The translations under genes and the position numbers were made by a program. DNA of 64,000 nt from Schmidtea polychroa (Eukaryota), in the NCBI GenBank assembly GCA_044892525.1, contig CM097886.1:164040312-164104311 (forward strand), written 5' to 3'. A model generated the notes under the pieces. That model made no database searches, was not told the DNA's origin, and saw only the letters and a program-made list of their open reading frames with translations. Positions 25,964 through 39,738 of the stretch are shown here, piece by piece; position 1 is the first letter of the stretch, and every line of letters begins with the position of its first letter.

Positions 25964-28147
25964 ATGAGCAAATTAGTATATTATAAATTCAAGTCTGAAC
26001 TAAATCAACAACAAATTCCATTTGAAGGTTCAAGTATTTCTGTGAAAGAATTAACCGATGCTATTCGAAAGAAGCATTCCAGTTCTCACTACAATTTGGT
26101 TGTATATTTGAAGGATATTATATCTAAAGAAGAAAGAGGTTTAATAAAATATCTATCCTCATTTAGTTTTTTTATTTTTATTTTACAGTTTGTTCTGAAA
26201 GTGAATTAATACCAGCTTTTTCTAACGTAATTATCAAGCGATTACCTTTGGCCGATCAATCTAAACATAATCAAATTAAAAAAATCACGTATGGAAATTT
26301 TACTATTTCAGTTGGGAATTTACTTTTTCTTTAGAAACCCTGAAAATTTTTCTAAAGTGGATCCATACAAAAATGTTTGTTTTATAATTATAAAAATTAT
26401 GTTTTTAAAATTTTCAATTTTCAGGCACATGAAAAAGAGTCTTTAAATATATTTAAAAGAGTATGTGCTTTTTGAATTATTATGACTATAATTTATTTAA
26501 TTTAGATAAATTTAGATTCATCTTCAATGACAGAAGAACAAAAGGTTGATACTGTAATTGAATCAGCTGCTACAAAGTAATTTTTTCCTTAGAATTTCAT
26601 TGAATTAGCATTATTTAGTTATAGAATATTTGGTAAGAAAAATCCATGTGGACAGCCTCCATCTTCATATACTTGCAACAAATGTAATATTCCTGGCCAT
26701 TGGATAAATAATTGTCCAGGAATTCCAGATAAAAATGGGAAACTCATTGATTCTCGACAAGTAAAACGTCCAAGTGGAATTCCAGTTTGTGGATTGGTAG
26801 AAGTCGATGAAAACACTCCAAATAGTTATTTAACTCCCGATGGTCGATATGTGGTTAATATTAAAAACCGGTAAAAATTATGCATTATTTTTATTATTAT
26901 GGAATTATAGATTTTATTTTAATTTGATTTTGATTTGTTATAAAAATGTTACTAAAAATATCTTTTTACGTGATTGGTTGTTTTAATTAATATTTTATAG
27001 CGATGCTCTTTTGAAAGGAAAGAAAGATAAGCGGCCGTTTTCGATTGAAGAAAATCCTCCATTAGTCGAGCAACCGAAAAATGAAATTCCAAAGAGCATG
27101 GTTTGCAAATTGTGCTTGAATCTAATAACAGCACCGACGAAAACCGGTTGCTGTGGCAACACGTATTGTCGTAACTGTATCACCGATCACTTATTTGATC
27201 CTGAAAACTCCACACCGATGCATCAATGTCCGAATTGTTTTGGGAAAATCGATAAATTGGATGAATTAATCGACGATTGTGAACTGGAAAATCTCATACA
27301 TGATTGGAAAATTAACAAATTGTCCAAAATTGAATTGACAAAGCCGATAAATCTCATGAAATTGGAAGCGAAAGTCCCAACAGAAATGACAGATGATGAT
27401 TTATTGAATGAGATATTTACAACGGAAAACAAGGAAAATGATCATCCGGCAGCCGATTTGGAACTTATCAGCCAATCGGTTGGGAAATCAGATAATTTGT
27501 CACATAATCCGAATATCGGATCGGTAAATCCCACTGTTGATCAATTGTCATCTGATAGGGCAACTGCAGAAATGATCCGGAAATTGGCCAGTGCCGGCTG
27601 TGCCGAGGGAATAGTTGAGCTGATGAAGTCGAATCCCAAGGCAATCCAATTGATCCAAGGACTCGTCAACAGCCTCGTGCCGGAAAATATCAAAAATGCC
27701 AATTACAGACAAAAAAGTCGCTCGAGACCCACCGAAGCTCGCAACCAACGAAACGAATCCGATCATCGGTATCGAGACGAATCGAGAAATACCTACCGGA
27801 AATCCCGAAAACCAATTGGTGATCGACAATTCCATAAATCATCGAGACGATACAATAGAGAAGACGATAGTAAATATCAAGGCCCACGTAGAAATGACCA
27901 ACTGAGTAGAGAAGAACAAAACAACAAATCTGATTCCTGGGAACAGTACAACCAGAGAGACAGTTATTATCAGCGATCTATTATTGACAACTGCTCGAAT
28001 TCATCAGATCGGCGACGACATGACAATCGACAGATGGATAAGCAATATCGCAAACGTCGGGCAAGTCACATCGAATCACCAATCAGAATCACCAGTGAAT
28101 CCATTGACCGAAATTCTAACAGGCGAAGTAAAAAATCGAAAAAGTAA
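25964..28147 (+). CDS. RBBP6: RBBP6/Mpe1-family E3 ligase (DWNN, zinc knuckle, RING), 7 exons, 606 aa
   Basis: Exons 25964-26138, 26189-26288, 26335-26374, 26425-26460, 26506-26576, 26619-26870 and 27001-28147 join in frame via GT-AG introns of 50/46/50/45/42/130 nt (1821 nt total). DWNN VYYKFKS..VIIKRLP; PPSSYTCNKCNIPGHWINNCP; RING CKLC..CCGNTYC..C..CPNC. Confidence 0.9.
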
Positions 28148-29175
28148 AATGATGTTGGAATTCTTGCAAATTAATTTTTTTCTGGTATTTTCCAGAAATA
28201 AACACGAGAAAAAGAAACAGAAAAAATCCGAATATTTTCCGTCAGATTAATTGATACTTTATTTATTTATGACAATAAAATTGTTTTCGCATTCTTTGTA
28301 TTTTTAATGGATTATTTGGGTGAGTATATCAATGTTTATGTGGGACTTTTGTGGTTAATTAAATATTCTATATCTGTGATTTATTCTGTATCAATTGTTT
28401 GACTTTATTAACGGTATCATAATAATCAGGTTTCAAATGTACACAATGCTAATGATCCGATTATTTGTAAAAGTTTATATTTTGAGCACAAATATAAATA
28501 ATTGAATAACAAAATGCATAAGTTCGTTTAATACACTGATCAGCGAAATGTCTTGTATAACTTGGTGGTGTCAGGAATTGGAATAAAGGTGTTACAGTGA
28601 TATGAGTCTAATTATATATCACCGAAGTGAAAAATGTCTGTTAATCGCTGTCAGTGTATATTAAATAGCGCCAGTTAAATAAAAAAAATTCTATACGAAC
28701 TATACGGTTTTAGCACTAGCGCATTTGTAATTATGAGCTACTTTCATAATATTGAGTAATACATTTCTGTTTCTTTTCGCAGTGTGCAACTTTACGTTTT
28801 CAATCAAACCAAATATTATTTCGATTGTCCAAAAAAATGACAAGAAAGTGAATTATATTTTTTATTTTTAATAAAGATACATGGCCAAAATAAGTATTAT
28901 ATTTAAAAATAATACAAATTACAATAAACGAATTTTGTTTAATTAATTTAAAATTTGCTATTATTTAAATTATGAATCAAATATAAAGTGCATTAAATAA
29001 TCAAATTAGTCACTGATTTGTTTATGTAGCTTTTAATATGAGTTTAAAAAAAACTAAGAATTCAGATTATATTGACAAGTTAACCTTAAAAATTGACATT
29101 ATAAATTTCAAGACCACATAAATTATAAATTCAAAAGATAACCTTTAAAATATTTTATTTAAAAAATTATCAAAT

Positions 29176-29988
29176 CTAATCAGTTTTTTTGTTTTCTAAT
29201 TTCATTTGATCATCAGATTTATTCGTGAATCCTTTTGTTGAAATAAGTAAATCATTCAACTCAAAAGATTGAACTATATTTTCCCAACTGAATGTGTATT
29301 TTTGAAGGACTTTACCAGTAAGATTAATAGCTGGTCGGCGCGTAGCTTCTTTACCGTTTTTAAAAAGGATGATTGTTGGTAAATTAATTGACCAATTTGT
29401 GGTATCAATTTTATATTTTGTTGCTGCTTCATTGTTTTTACTGACATCAATTTTACCGAATTTCAGAAATTCATTTCCGTAATATTGAGATAATTCAGCG
29501 AAAATCGGAGCCAAATTAATACAAGCTGGTGACCAGGCATTATAAAATGCAATCAACCAAATTGTCCGTGTATCTCTAAGCAATTCATCTTTCAAGCTTC
29601 CATCATTAAAATAAATTACTCGATCTTCACCTTTATAAATTGGCTGAGATATAAACGATACTTGCATAATCCATAAGAAACCGTAAATAATTGCAAATAA
29701 AATGTTTTGTTGGAAAAACATGAATAAATTAGCAAACTTAGCAAACATACAAAAATGGGATACATAATTAACAATTGTCGAATAACGCTTACTTCTCAAT
29801 GTTACCATTGAACATAAGAAAATTAAAATTTGGTATTCATTAAAATCAATATGACAAGTAGAATACATGTAACTACAAATCGGTTCAAGTGTTTTTGTAA
29901 CAAAATAAACTGAAATTAGAAAATAACTTACAATAAAATATGGATGATACAGTTTCTTTAGTTCTCGTTTTAAGTGAGTACTAACCAT
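29176..29988 (-). CDS. TMX2: Thioredoxin-related transmembrane protein 2, 270 aa, single exon
   Basis: N-terminal hydrophobic segments followed by a thioredoxin fold with a non-catalytic SxxC (AWSPAC); FGKIDV and LPTIILFKNGKE..RRP motifs; C-terminal KKTD di-lysine-like tail. Confidence 0.9.
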   Translation of the reverse strand: MVSTHLKRELKKLYHPYFIVSYFLISVYFVTKTLEPICSYMYSTCHIDFNEYQILIFLCSMVTLRSKRYSTIVNYVSHFCMFAKFANLFMFFQQNILFAIIYGFLWIMQVSFISQPIYKGEDRVIYFNDGSLKDELLRDTRTIWLIAFYNAWSPACINLAPIFAELSQYYGNEFLKFGKIDVSKNNEAATKYKIDTTNWSINLPTIILFKNGKEATRRPAINLTGKVLQKYTFSWENIVQSFELNDLLISTKGFTNKSDDQMKLENKKTD

Positions 29989-31755
29989 GGCTGTTTATTG
30001 ATGATAAAAATAACAAATATATTTAACAAAAAATCAAATGATAGTTAATTTGACTTGATATTTTAAACAAAACTTGAATGAAAAAAAACTACTAGAACTT
30101 ATTATTTTTATAGAAATTTGACTTCATAAATTCATTTTTTAAAAATTTTATATTGCAATAACAAAACTTTAATTTTTTAAAATTTTAAAAATGATTTACG
30201 TGATTATAAATAATACTACCAGATAGTCGATATTGTACGAGAAGACAATTCATAATGTTATCTATTAAATAAAAAATTACTTAGAACAAAACTATCAAAT
30301 TTGTCTTATATAATAGTGGTATGCAAATCGTGGGTTACATAATTCAAAGAAATTTATTCGGCAATTAAATATACATGGTTTTTCTTCAACAAGTATCGGG
30401 TACCAGTAAAATAGTGAAATGAAATTATATTATTAATAAAAATAGAACTATTTTTTTACGAAACACTTTCAAAAAATTATGTGTTTTATTCATACTTCTA
30501 ATAAAGTAAAAACATAAGCGCTAATCCCAGAAAGAATTTTATTTTAATTATGTTGACGATTAAAATATGTCTATTGTCTATCCAAGAGTCGCAACAAAAT
30601 TTTACTCAAAATAAAAATAGTTTGCGCACTACTAATCTAGTGTATTTATTATATAACACTGATAGATAATATTAATATTTGTTTGACTTTGAGGTTAGAA
30701 ATTTCTGATAGTATCAGTTGTTCAATAGTTCTTGGTTAGAAACTCAAATATATATATATATATATATCTTTTCTGCAAAGGGCCAGATTTTTACTTTTAG
30801 GTCTTAATCTAAAAAAAATAATGAGGCTCCTTCTTCATGTTTTTAATTGCATTTAAAAGACAAATTATTTACTGTATGGAGACTAAACTAACAATTATTT
30901 GAGTACAACGCCTTCCATGTTTCTAAATGCAACAATCCTTTATATTCTTAAATTGACAGAGATATATATTTTTGTGTAATTGTATCATGTCTAATAAAAA
31001 TTTAAACAATTTTTTGTTTGAAAGCAATTTAAATGCTCAAGATAATTATGGTGCTATACTAATCGTGTAATATAGATTAATATCGTAGATTCTATCGTTA
31101 GTTAAAGATTAAAATTTCCTTCACGCTTTCAAACGATTAAAAAAGTAAACAAGCTATGAAAGAATGAATTTCAAATGCTTTTTACAGGGTAGCATATAAT
31201 AATTTTCTCAGTTCAGTTTGTTTCTACTTCTCGAAACCCGTTACATAAACAACGTTGGTAATTTATCGAATGGTTTAATGTTAGTAAAAAGTGGGCTCAT
31301 TCTAATGAATTGTAATTACTAACATTCTCATGGATCCACAGACTATTTATAAAAGATATGTGTCCGATTTACTTCACAGTCCCTAGTGTCGTTTAACGCT
31401 CAACGGAAAACAGGAATTCTAAAAGAATTAGATTTACACGAATCAGATAAATATTATTAAACACAAAAATAAATTATTTACCACAATTTTAATTCACTTG
31501 TAAATGAACATAAGTTGTTCCCCATTTCAGACTGAAACTATGGATATAATTGCCCACAATATGTTTTATATTATTCAGTAAACAGGCTTAAAAATTTAAC
31601 AACAAGCTTTAACAATCTTTAAAGTTCTCATCAATTTTATTTATATTTGATTACACATTATTACAATGTTAAAATATTTTATAAATTACTTTTTACAATT
31701 ATTATTCCGAAAAACCAAATTAATTTTGTTGACGCTATAAATTATTGCAAACTAC

Positions 31756-33380
31756 TGGTGGGTTAAAGGTAATTCACATCTTACCCTTTCGTGTTGTTTT
31801 CAGCATAATCCAGTATACAAGGTTGCTGTACCACTCGATACCCGTTGAGTAATCAACGTTGGAACTGTATTATGGAGTTTAGAGGCTAAATTATTCATTC
31901 AAATCATAACATATGTTTGTTCGCACATCCTATGATATTCGCGTTTTTGCGAGCCCATTGTCTGACACGTTCTAGTTTCCCAGGTAGGCTGTGCTTTGCT
32001 GTTGGGCACGATCCGCTTGTTACGTCTGGAACTCCGTTAGTCATAGGATATATCTAGCAGGTGAGACTTTGGTCCACTGTGGCCTGGTTTACTTAAGCTT
32101 TCAATTGTCACAGTTTAGTCACTAGTGCAAAGATTTGGACTTGGTCTTGTATACTTTGCGACTTGCAGGTTGTTGACCACGCGTTTTTCTTAAATCCTAA
32201 CCAGTTATTGCTTCGCATTGCTGATTTAGATTAATATTGACAATTTTGAATGGGGGACAGTCCTCATTTTAATCCTCCTATATTTTAGTTTCATGCTTGA
32301 ATCTCCAGAAATTTTGGGCATGGAATGGCCCTTATTTTAGTTCCATTTACTTGCTTCACTTTAATAAGCAGGGTTGACTTTAAAAATTTTCACAGGATCA
32401 GCCCTTTATTTCTGACTACAACGGTTTATTAAAATTAAACATTATTCAACCACAATAAAAATTCCTTAGTTTCAAAAACCCATCGATTCAAAATTTCAGC
32501 ATAGATTGATGATTAAAAATGGTTTATAAATGTGATTAACAAAATGATTCACAAGATGATTCCCAAGATGATTCACATAATGATTCACAAGATGATTCAC
32601 AAGATGATTCACAAAATTGATTAAATTGTGATTGAAATGCGTCGGTATATATAGTCGAATTTTGGTGTGCGAGTATGTGTCTGTGCAATGATTTAGTAAA
32701 ACAAATTTAAATTATTTTAATTCTATTTAATTTTTAATTTCAATTTTTATCAATTTTGATTGCGATTTTTCATAATTTAATATTTATTTTATTTTCTAAT
32801 TTTATTTATTTTTAATGAAACTAGACCCATGAAGGATATGGGCATTTTATTCTATGCTATTTTAATGATTTTTTTAAATAATTCCTATTTATCTTAATTC
32901 TTTTGTTATTTCATGTTAGTTTTTGCTAATTTAATTCTTAATTTTTATCTTTCAGTTAATTTCAACTGGTTACTTGGCGGCCATGGTGTGTTTCACCATT
33001 TTTTTCAGAATATTCTAGTTTTCTGTTCGTTTCTATTGTAATTATTTTTCTTAGTTCATTTTCTGATGATATTTTGTGGAAATCTTTCTAATTTCTTTCT
33101 ATACTTTCTCTTATCGACATTAACTCAAATTTGCTTACTTTTGCCCTTTTTATGTTTTGTTTGAGTTGGTTTCGTCCACTACATCATGATATTTTGTTTT
33201 ATTTTACTTTACTTCTGTGTTGGTCATTTTGATGTTATGTAAATTCCTTTGGTTGGGTTTACTTGGTGTTTCTACATGTTTTTAGTTTGACTTGATTTGG
33301 TTTTGTGCCTGTATGTCATGTTCCGAAGTATTTCAGTCACGCTTCAACTATAAGGGTTTGGAATCAGTTCTTGCCTAACA
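31756..33380 (+). mobile_element. Solo-LTR-like unit B (same family as A), 1625 bp
   Basis: TGGTGGG...CCTAACA; TSD CTAC/TTAC (3/4). Shares the 5' motif CCACTyGATACCCGTTGAGyAATCAACGTTGG and a 19-bp TATA core with A. Confidence 0.78.
32532..32620. repeat. 12-bp tandem repeat (ATGATTCACAAG)~7 in unit B, just upstream of the TATA core
   Basis: Direct observation. Confidence 0.9.
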
Positions 33381-34618
33381 TTACATTAAGATAAAGTAAA
33401 AAAAATCGCATATTAATCAACTCAAAATTAAAATAATTATTTGTCAATGTAACTTCAATAAAATAAACTGGAATTAAACGAATATCGATTATTTTATAAT
33501 AATTTAAAATGTAAATACTCCATTTAATAATTTTATATATCCAAAGTTTGCATGCATTTTTTATTGTGCTGTGTTCGTGTTAAATTTAGTTTTTTTTACC
33601 ACTTTCTCAATATTTATAAATGCTATAAATTTTGAAGCATAAAAATTCAACACAAATGGTAAGTTTGTGTTTCCAAAATACACCGCATTGCATCGGATTA
33701 TGTGTTGGCAGGATAAAGTTATAACTGTGAACTATTGGCAAGAATTTATAAAAAATTATGGAAATTTCACATTTAAATTATTTAAAGGAATTTAATGACA
33801 AAATTATTTCAAAAAATGTAAGTTATTTTTAATTTTTAAATTTATTAAATAATTAAATAAATATAAAAATTTATAAATTGTCCATAATTTACTATTTTAA
33901 CAAAGATTTTTTTAAATTTTGTATTTTAAAATTTTATTTAAAAAAATATTTTAAAATATTGTGTTTGTATGTATCATATAATATAAATTATTGATTTTTT
34001 ATATATATAGATGTGATTTTCCGTGAAATCAGGTGTATAGGATTTTTTCAGTGTACCTTAAATTCGGATATTTGACATAAACGCATAACTCCGTAACTTT
34101 CTTTTAATTGGTTTAATTTTTAGCTAATCAAATTTAAGAATTATGTAGATATAATTAACTGTGCTGGAGTAACAGAATATTTTAACAAGTTTTCAACAAA
34201 TGAAAATTTTTTCCGATTTTTGTTTTAAAATGTGTTTAGTTCAAAACTTTGGACTTGTTGATTTTATTTTACAATGAATGATTTTGTTTACAATATCTCC
34301 AAAATTCTCGTTTCATCAATTTTAAATTATGTTATATCACTTATAAAATGTTTGGGAGATTAAAATTTTTTTTTCAAAATTACATTATTAATAAGTTAAT
34401 ACGTTATTAACTAGACATTCATTTGAAATTTTAATTAAAAAAATTCTTTTTAAAAATCAAAATTTTCATAAAAATGTCCAAATATATTTTACACTTTATA
34501 ATATTGTCAATAAAAAATATGCGTAAAAATTTATAAACATATTTTATAAACATATTATTAAAAGAATTTAATTAAAAAATCGTTTGAAAAACAGAAAATA
34601 TTAAAATTTTCACTGAAA

Positions 34619-35854
34619 ATGTTCGGCGATGTACAAAATCACGCCGATAACTTATCCGAGATCAAAAGTTCATTCAATTACAAATCCATCAATCTCAGTG
34701 ATAATTATGACAAATTAATTTATGTCTTTACGACAACTATTATAGCTCTCTGCTTCTTTTTCTCAGTAAATTACAATTATTTCTACATTGACTTTCAATG
34801 TAAAACGCAATCGGTGCCGTTTTCCTTTCAGTTTGTTGTCGAATATTTCCCCATATATTGCTGGACAGTGGGCACAATTCCAATAAATAGTGTTAATGAC
34901 ATTCCACAAACTGATGAAGGCTGGGATAAATTAGATAAGATCAACCGTATAACTTATTATCAATGGATTCCGACAATGTTGGGTATTATGTGTTTGGTTT
35001 GCTATTTTCCGAGAATGTTGTGGAAACGAATTTCTTCAAGAAATGCTTCAGCTGACCTAATTTCTCACTTGGATAACATCAATTTGCTGTATGAAGAAAA
35101 ATCTGAATCGGAATTGCTACTTGTGGCAAAAAGATTCCATGACAGTAACACATTATCGAAAACTATGGCTTATAGTCCCTTAATGAAATTCCTAAAAAAA
35201 TATATCCCATATATTCCATTTAGTGGATATTGCTCAACATATTTCGTCAGTTGGTATTTTATCATCAAACTCCTCTTTATTGGATCTGGATTTTTCAATA
35301 TTTGGATAATAAAGGATGTCATAGCATTTCCCCATCATGGATTTTATGATTTCTATTTCGAAGTTTTCGTCAAAATATTTGATCTAGATTATTGGCAAAC
35401 TTCTCTTTATTTCCCTTTCCAAACCATTTGTTACAATAAAGATCTAAAACATATTGGTGGAAGTGCAAGAACATTTTCTCAATGTATTCACCAACAGAAT
35501 ATGAATTATCGAATCATTGTCACATTTTTGAGTGTTTGGTCAATATTTTCCATTCTCATGACTTTGATTGGTCTATTTGTTTGGATCAATCGGATTTGCT
35601 TTAGAGTGTCGAGGAGAAGATTCGTCAAAAAATTATTAAAATTAAATCATAAAATTAATTTAAATAATTTAAATGATGAAACGAAAGATATTTTAAAGAA
35701 ATTTTTGTGTGAATATTTTAAATACGATGAGATCTTCATGCTTCACATGCTGTCAGCAAATGCTGGAGACGTGATTGTCGCAAGGATTGTGGGAATTTTG
35801 TGGAAAGAATTTTATCGAAATGAAATGGATCAAAAACTGAATAAAACCGCCTAG
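34619..35854 (+). CDS. Innexin (gap-junction protein) paralogue A, 411 aa, single exon
   Basis: Four TM segments, YYQW-P signature, two Cys in each extracellular loop (FQC..YCW; FP..TIC..QC), cytoplasmic LH..AGDVIV..I..LW motif. Confidence 0.93.
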   Translation: MFGDVQNHADNLSEIKSSFNYKSINLSDNYDKLIYVFTTTIIALCFFFSVNYNYFYIDFQCKTQSVPFSFQFVVEYFPIYCWTVGTIPINSVNDIPQTDEGWDKLDKINRITYYQWIPTMLGIMCLVCYFPRMLWKRISSRNASADLISHLDNINLLYEEKSESELLLVAKRFHDSNTLSKTMAYSPLMKFLKKYIPYIPFSGYCSTYFVSWYFIIKLLFIGSGFFNIWIIKDVIAFPHHGFYDFYFEVFVKIFDLDYWQTSLYFPFQTICYNKDLKHIGGSARTFSQCIHQQNMNYRIIVTFLSVWSIFSILMTLIGLFVWINRICFRVSRRRFVKKLLKLNHKINLNNLNDETKDILKKFLCEYFKYDEIFMLHMLSANAGDVIVARIVGILWKEFYRNEMDQKLNKTA

Positions 35855-37087
35855 TCATATTTCTTTGAATATTATATTTGTATAATTGTTTTTTTATTAT
35901 TTATTCTAATAATTATTAGACAAGTTTCGTATTGTCTAGTTTTGTAATCTTTTTTTGTAGAAATTTGAAAAAATAATTGAAACATGTTAAACATCCCTTT
36001 CCTACATACACCATTCACATCATCACGTCCTCATAGGCTCCCTAAATCAATCATAGCCATTATAGTTGGTTCTATAATATTTAGGCTGTTTATTTATGGT
36101 GTATAGCGTATATAACTATTATATAACTAGTATATAACTATTAATGCGAGTGTTGTTACGAAATCTTTAGAACCCAGACGAGTCACCTATAAAAATACTG
36201 TCTCAGGACAGATGGTGTGATTGTATTTAATACTTTTGTTTAAGAATACCAAAACAGAATAAATATTATAAATATTAATGATATATAAAAACTATTATAA
36301 CTTTACAAATTTATTCTAACAATAATATGCCTCTTGAAGTCCGGAGGGAAACTGACAATTTCGGTTCAATTACCTTGACGGATCTTGAAACTTTTATTAT
36401 GTTATTCTTTGCTTAGAAACTCCGGAGTTATCTCACGATGTGCTTTATCAAACGACTGAACTTTCAAATTTGTGAACTCAAGTTTCGGACTTTTTGATGG
36501 GTATCCTCAAAAGGTGACAATTTATATTTTGTCGTTATATTATAGAATTTCAGTCTAGTTTTCTTAAATACTAATATCTCCAGATCTGTTATCTTATACT
36601 TTGAAGTCCTTGTTAAATCTTCTTGAATTATTTAGTTTCTAGTTCAGTTATCGAATTTTCGTTACTAGGTTGTTTTTCTAAACTTTTTAATTTTCAATTC
36701 TTTTATCGATTATTATTATAGAGAATTACTATATAGTTATATTATTTGTTTACGAAAAGTACGTCCAGATGAAAATCACGATTGCAAATCGTAATTACAA
36801 TTAAAAAGTTACAATCAGTAAATTAATACCACACTACAATACCAATCTTGAAATGTCGGATAAAAGGAGTAAATCAATTTTTATAGATATACGTACTCCT
36901 TACGCAAATAATAATCAAAACTAGCAATCAGTGGATTGCGGAGGAGATTTAACATACTTCTCCTAGTCTTATCACGATGGATTGATTGTCTTGCATTCAA
37001 TTATTGGTATTGTATTTTAATTATATCAGCTGAATCTATAAATGGTATATAAATGGTAATACCATATAAAATAGCATTAGTTAAGAT

Positions 37088-37541
37088 CAGTGCTCAAAGT
37101 GGAACAAAATATGTGCCGGGATAGGCATGCTGTGGCACCCGGGATTCCAGGCTTTTATGCAGAAATTTTCAGTTGGGGGTGTTGCAAAATTTTGGGGGGT
37201 GTCCAACAAATTTTTTTGGGGGGGGGTGTACACCCATTTAATCATAAGTTGCTGGTTTAACTAAAATAAATAAGAGAATATACCTACCTATCCATTACTG
37301 CTGCTTGGGAAATTCTTAATTGAATAGAGAATAGAGAATAAAGAATATATATATATATATATACATACATATATGGATGTACTATGTGTGACCTTAATTG
37401 CAGTATTTGTGTGCCTATAAAATGAAATAAGTACCGGGATAAACCTATAGATTATATGAAATGAAGTGCCGGGATGCAATTCCGCCTACATAATCAATGC
37501 CGGGATAATATCCCGGCTATCCCGCCTCACTTCGAGCACTG
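37088..37541. mobile_element. hAT MITE, 454 bp
   Basis: TIRs CAGTGCTCAAAGTG / CACTTCGAGCACTG; perfect 8-bp TSD GTTAAGAT; repeated GCCGGGAT subterminal motifs. Confidence 0.92.
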
Positions 37542-37779
37542 GTTAAGATGTATTCAGAAATGTATTTAAAAGATATTTTTATTATGTAAATTAACCCTTA
37601 AATTTTAGAGAATTATATAATCCTAATTGCTAGTATTTGATCATATATTTCTAACTCAAGATCATAGAGACTATGATGATGAAAAGAAAGAAGCTTCATT
37701 GATGATAATGAATCATGACTTTGAAAATCAAGAATTATTTCTAAATTTTGACAATAATGATTCAAGCTCTTGACCTTTC

Positions 37780-38375
37780 ATAAATAACAAAAGTCGTGAA
37801 TACTTAAATAAATCGGGGCACGAAAGGAAAGAAAATACAACCAGTACAAACATACGTGAAAAAGAAAAACCTCAAATGATTGGTCCATAAAGACATTGAC
37901 AAATGTTGAAAAAATTGGAGATATAAATTTCATATTGAATATTTTCAAATTTTAGATTCGCAAATTGGTCACTTAAACTGGAGATTCGATAAGTTACATT
38001 AAATCAAATCAGATTTTGAATTTTTAACTGTATCTGCTCTAAACTCATTAAAAATTGACCAATTGCGAAATCAGGCGTTAGAATGTGGATAAAAATATAT
38101 CTGCGATGTTGATTCTACTGAAATGATCAGCCAGATTGAATCATTTCAAGTAAAAAAAGGAAATAGTAAAAAAATTAATTATGATAATATTGCTGCACTC
38201 AAAGTTAGAAAAATATAATTTTAAGTGTACTTTGCGATTACATATTTTATTTTAATAAATCAAAAAACTTGTTAATTATGCCTTTGCTATTTCTCTAAAT
38301 TCTAAAAGAATATAAATAAATAGGGCGCCAAAAAACTTCTTGTCCAGGGCGCGACAAACAATTACACCGGCTCTG
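37780..38375 (+). pseudogene. hAT transposase C-terminal remnant with right terminus
   Basis: INYDNIAALKVRK resembles the hAT C-terminal F..KARK motif; ends CACCGGCTCTG (reverse complement CAGAGCCGGTG). Left boundary approximate. Confidence 0.4.
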
Positions 38376-38452
38376 CAGAAAACATAAATTGTCGTTATAT
38401 TTTACATTAACTGAACAATTTTTATTTTTTAATTGTTTAGGTGTTTTTGTAA

Positions 38453-38990
38453 CAGGGGCGACCAACCTTTTCTTCCATAAGAACCAAAAACCATAAAATT
38501 AAATTATGGAGAGCCACAACTTGGCAAAAATAAAAAAACAAAATTTATTTTTACATAATTGTTTTTTAACCAATCATTCACTTTCCAATGTTTCTTTTTT
38601 GGGATTGCATTTTGGCTGCAAATTTTTTAAAATCTAGCTTATAATTTGTTAATACAATGCGAAGAAGTTTCAATTTTTTTTCAAATTTTTTTCAATGCTG
38701 CGAGCGACGCTTTGACTTAATATACTCCATTGCAGAATTTTCTTATCATATTTAGCTATTAAATTTTCACGGTGAATAATACAATGAACCGATATAAAAT
38801 AAGGTATTCTCTGATCTTTTTTTTAAAAGATCAACAAGACATATATTTTTACCTAACATCGCAGATGAACCATCTGTTGCAACACTTACTATTCGGTTTA
38901 AAGTAGGGTTTCCAAATATCCGGATTTACTGAAACCGCGGTTATCGGATAGACATTTTGGATTTATCCCGCGGATACCGGATAACTTTAT
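38453..38990. mobile_element. Unpaired hAT-like termini (CAGGGGCGACCAACC at 38453; TAGGGTTTCC with CCGGATA repeats at ~38903)
   Basis: Terminal motifs typical of hAT MITEs; partner ends and TSDs not found. Confidence 0.35.
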
Positions 38991-39738
38991 AAAAATAAAA
39001 AATATTGTTTAATATGGAACTTCACCAAAATTACTTTTATTTCTTATAAATAAAATTTAAAGTACATAAAAAATTTAAAGGATATACATAACTAAAATTA
39101 TATTTACTGCATTATTTCATTTAAATAATAATATTTTAGAAACACCAATGCATTAAATGATACATAGGAGAGACGAGATCTGATCTTCGTGCAGAAGTTT
39201 CCAGAAACCGAAAAAGTTCTCTCGGAATTTGTTGAAGTCGGCTTCACTGTCTCTTCATAAAAGCTGAAGAAAAACTAAGAGTGGATTTTGTTGGACCATT
39301 TGTTGATGATGATGATATATATGAGGAAGTTGAAAGATTCTTAAAGATTAATTAGAAATTTTGTTAAATTTAAAATATATTTTTATTGAAAAATATTTTA
39401 AAAAGAAGACTGAAATTTATCATTTTTAAAAAATATTTTTATCAAAAATTATTTTAAAAGAAAAACTGAAATTTTTTTAAATAACAAAAGAGATAAGTTT
39501 TTGAGTGTATAATTTATTAAAAAAAATTTATGGAATTTGTTAGTGATTTGAAAGCCGATATTATTGTTCTAACGGATGAGAATCATAATAATATAGTTTA
39601 TGATTTTAGTACCGACAATATCTTTCTCAGTAAAAGTTTGTTTCTTTAATCCTAATGTTTTTGTTAAATTTTGATCAAAGGTTATTTTTGTAATGTTATC
39701 AGCAAGAGATATTTTAACCAATTCATTATTTTGAATTT

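Noticed and set aside
33650-33680. Spliced-leader RNA gene (GGTAAG donor motif)
   Set aside because: No resemblance to flatworm SL exons as recalled (which end in ATG within a defined 36-42-nt leader), and no clear Sm site or stem-loop arrangement.
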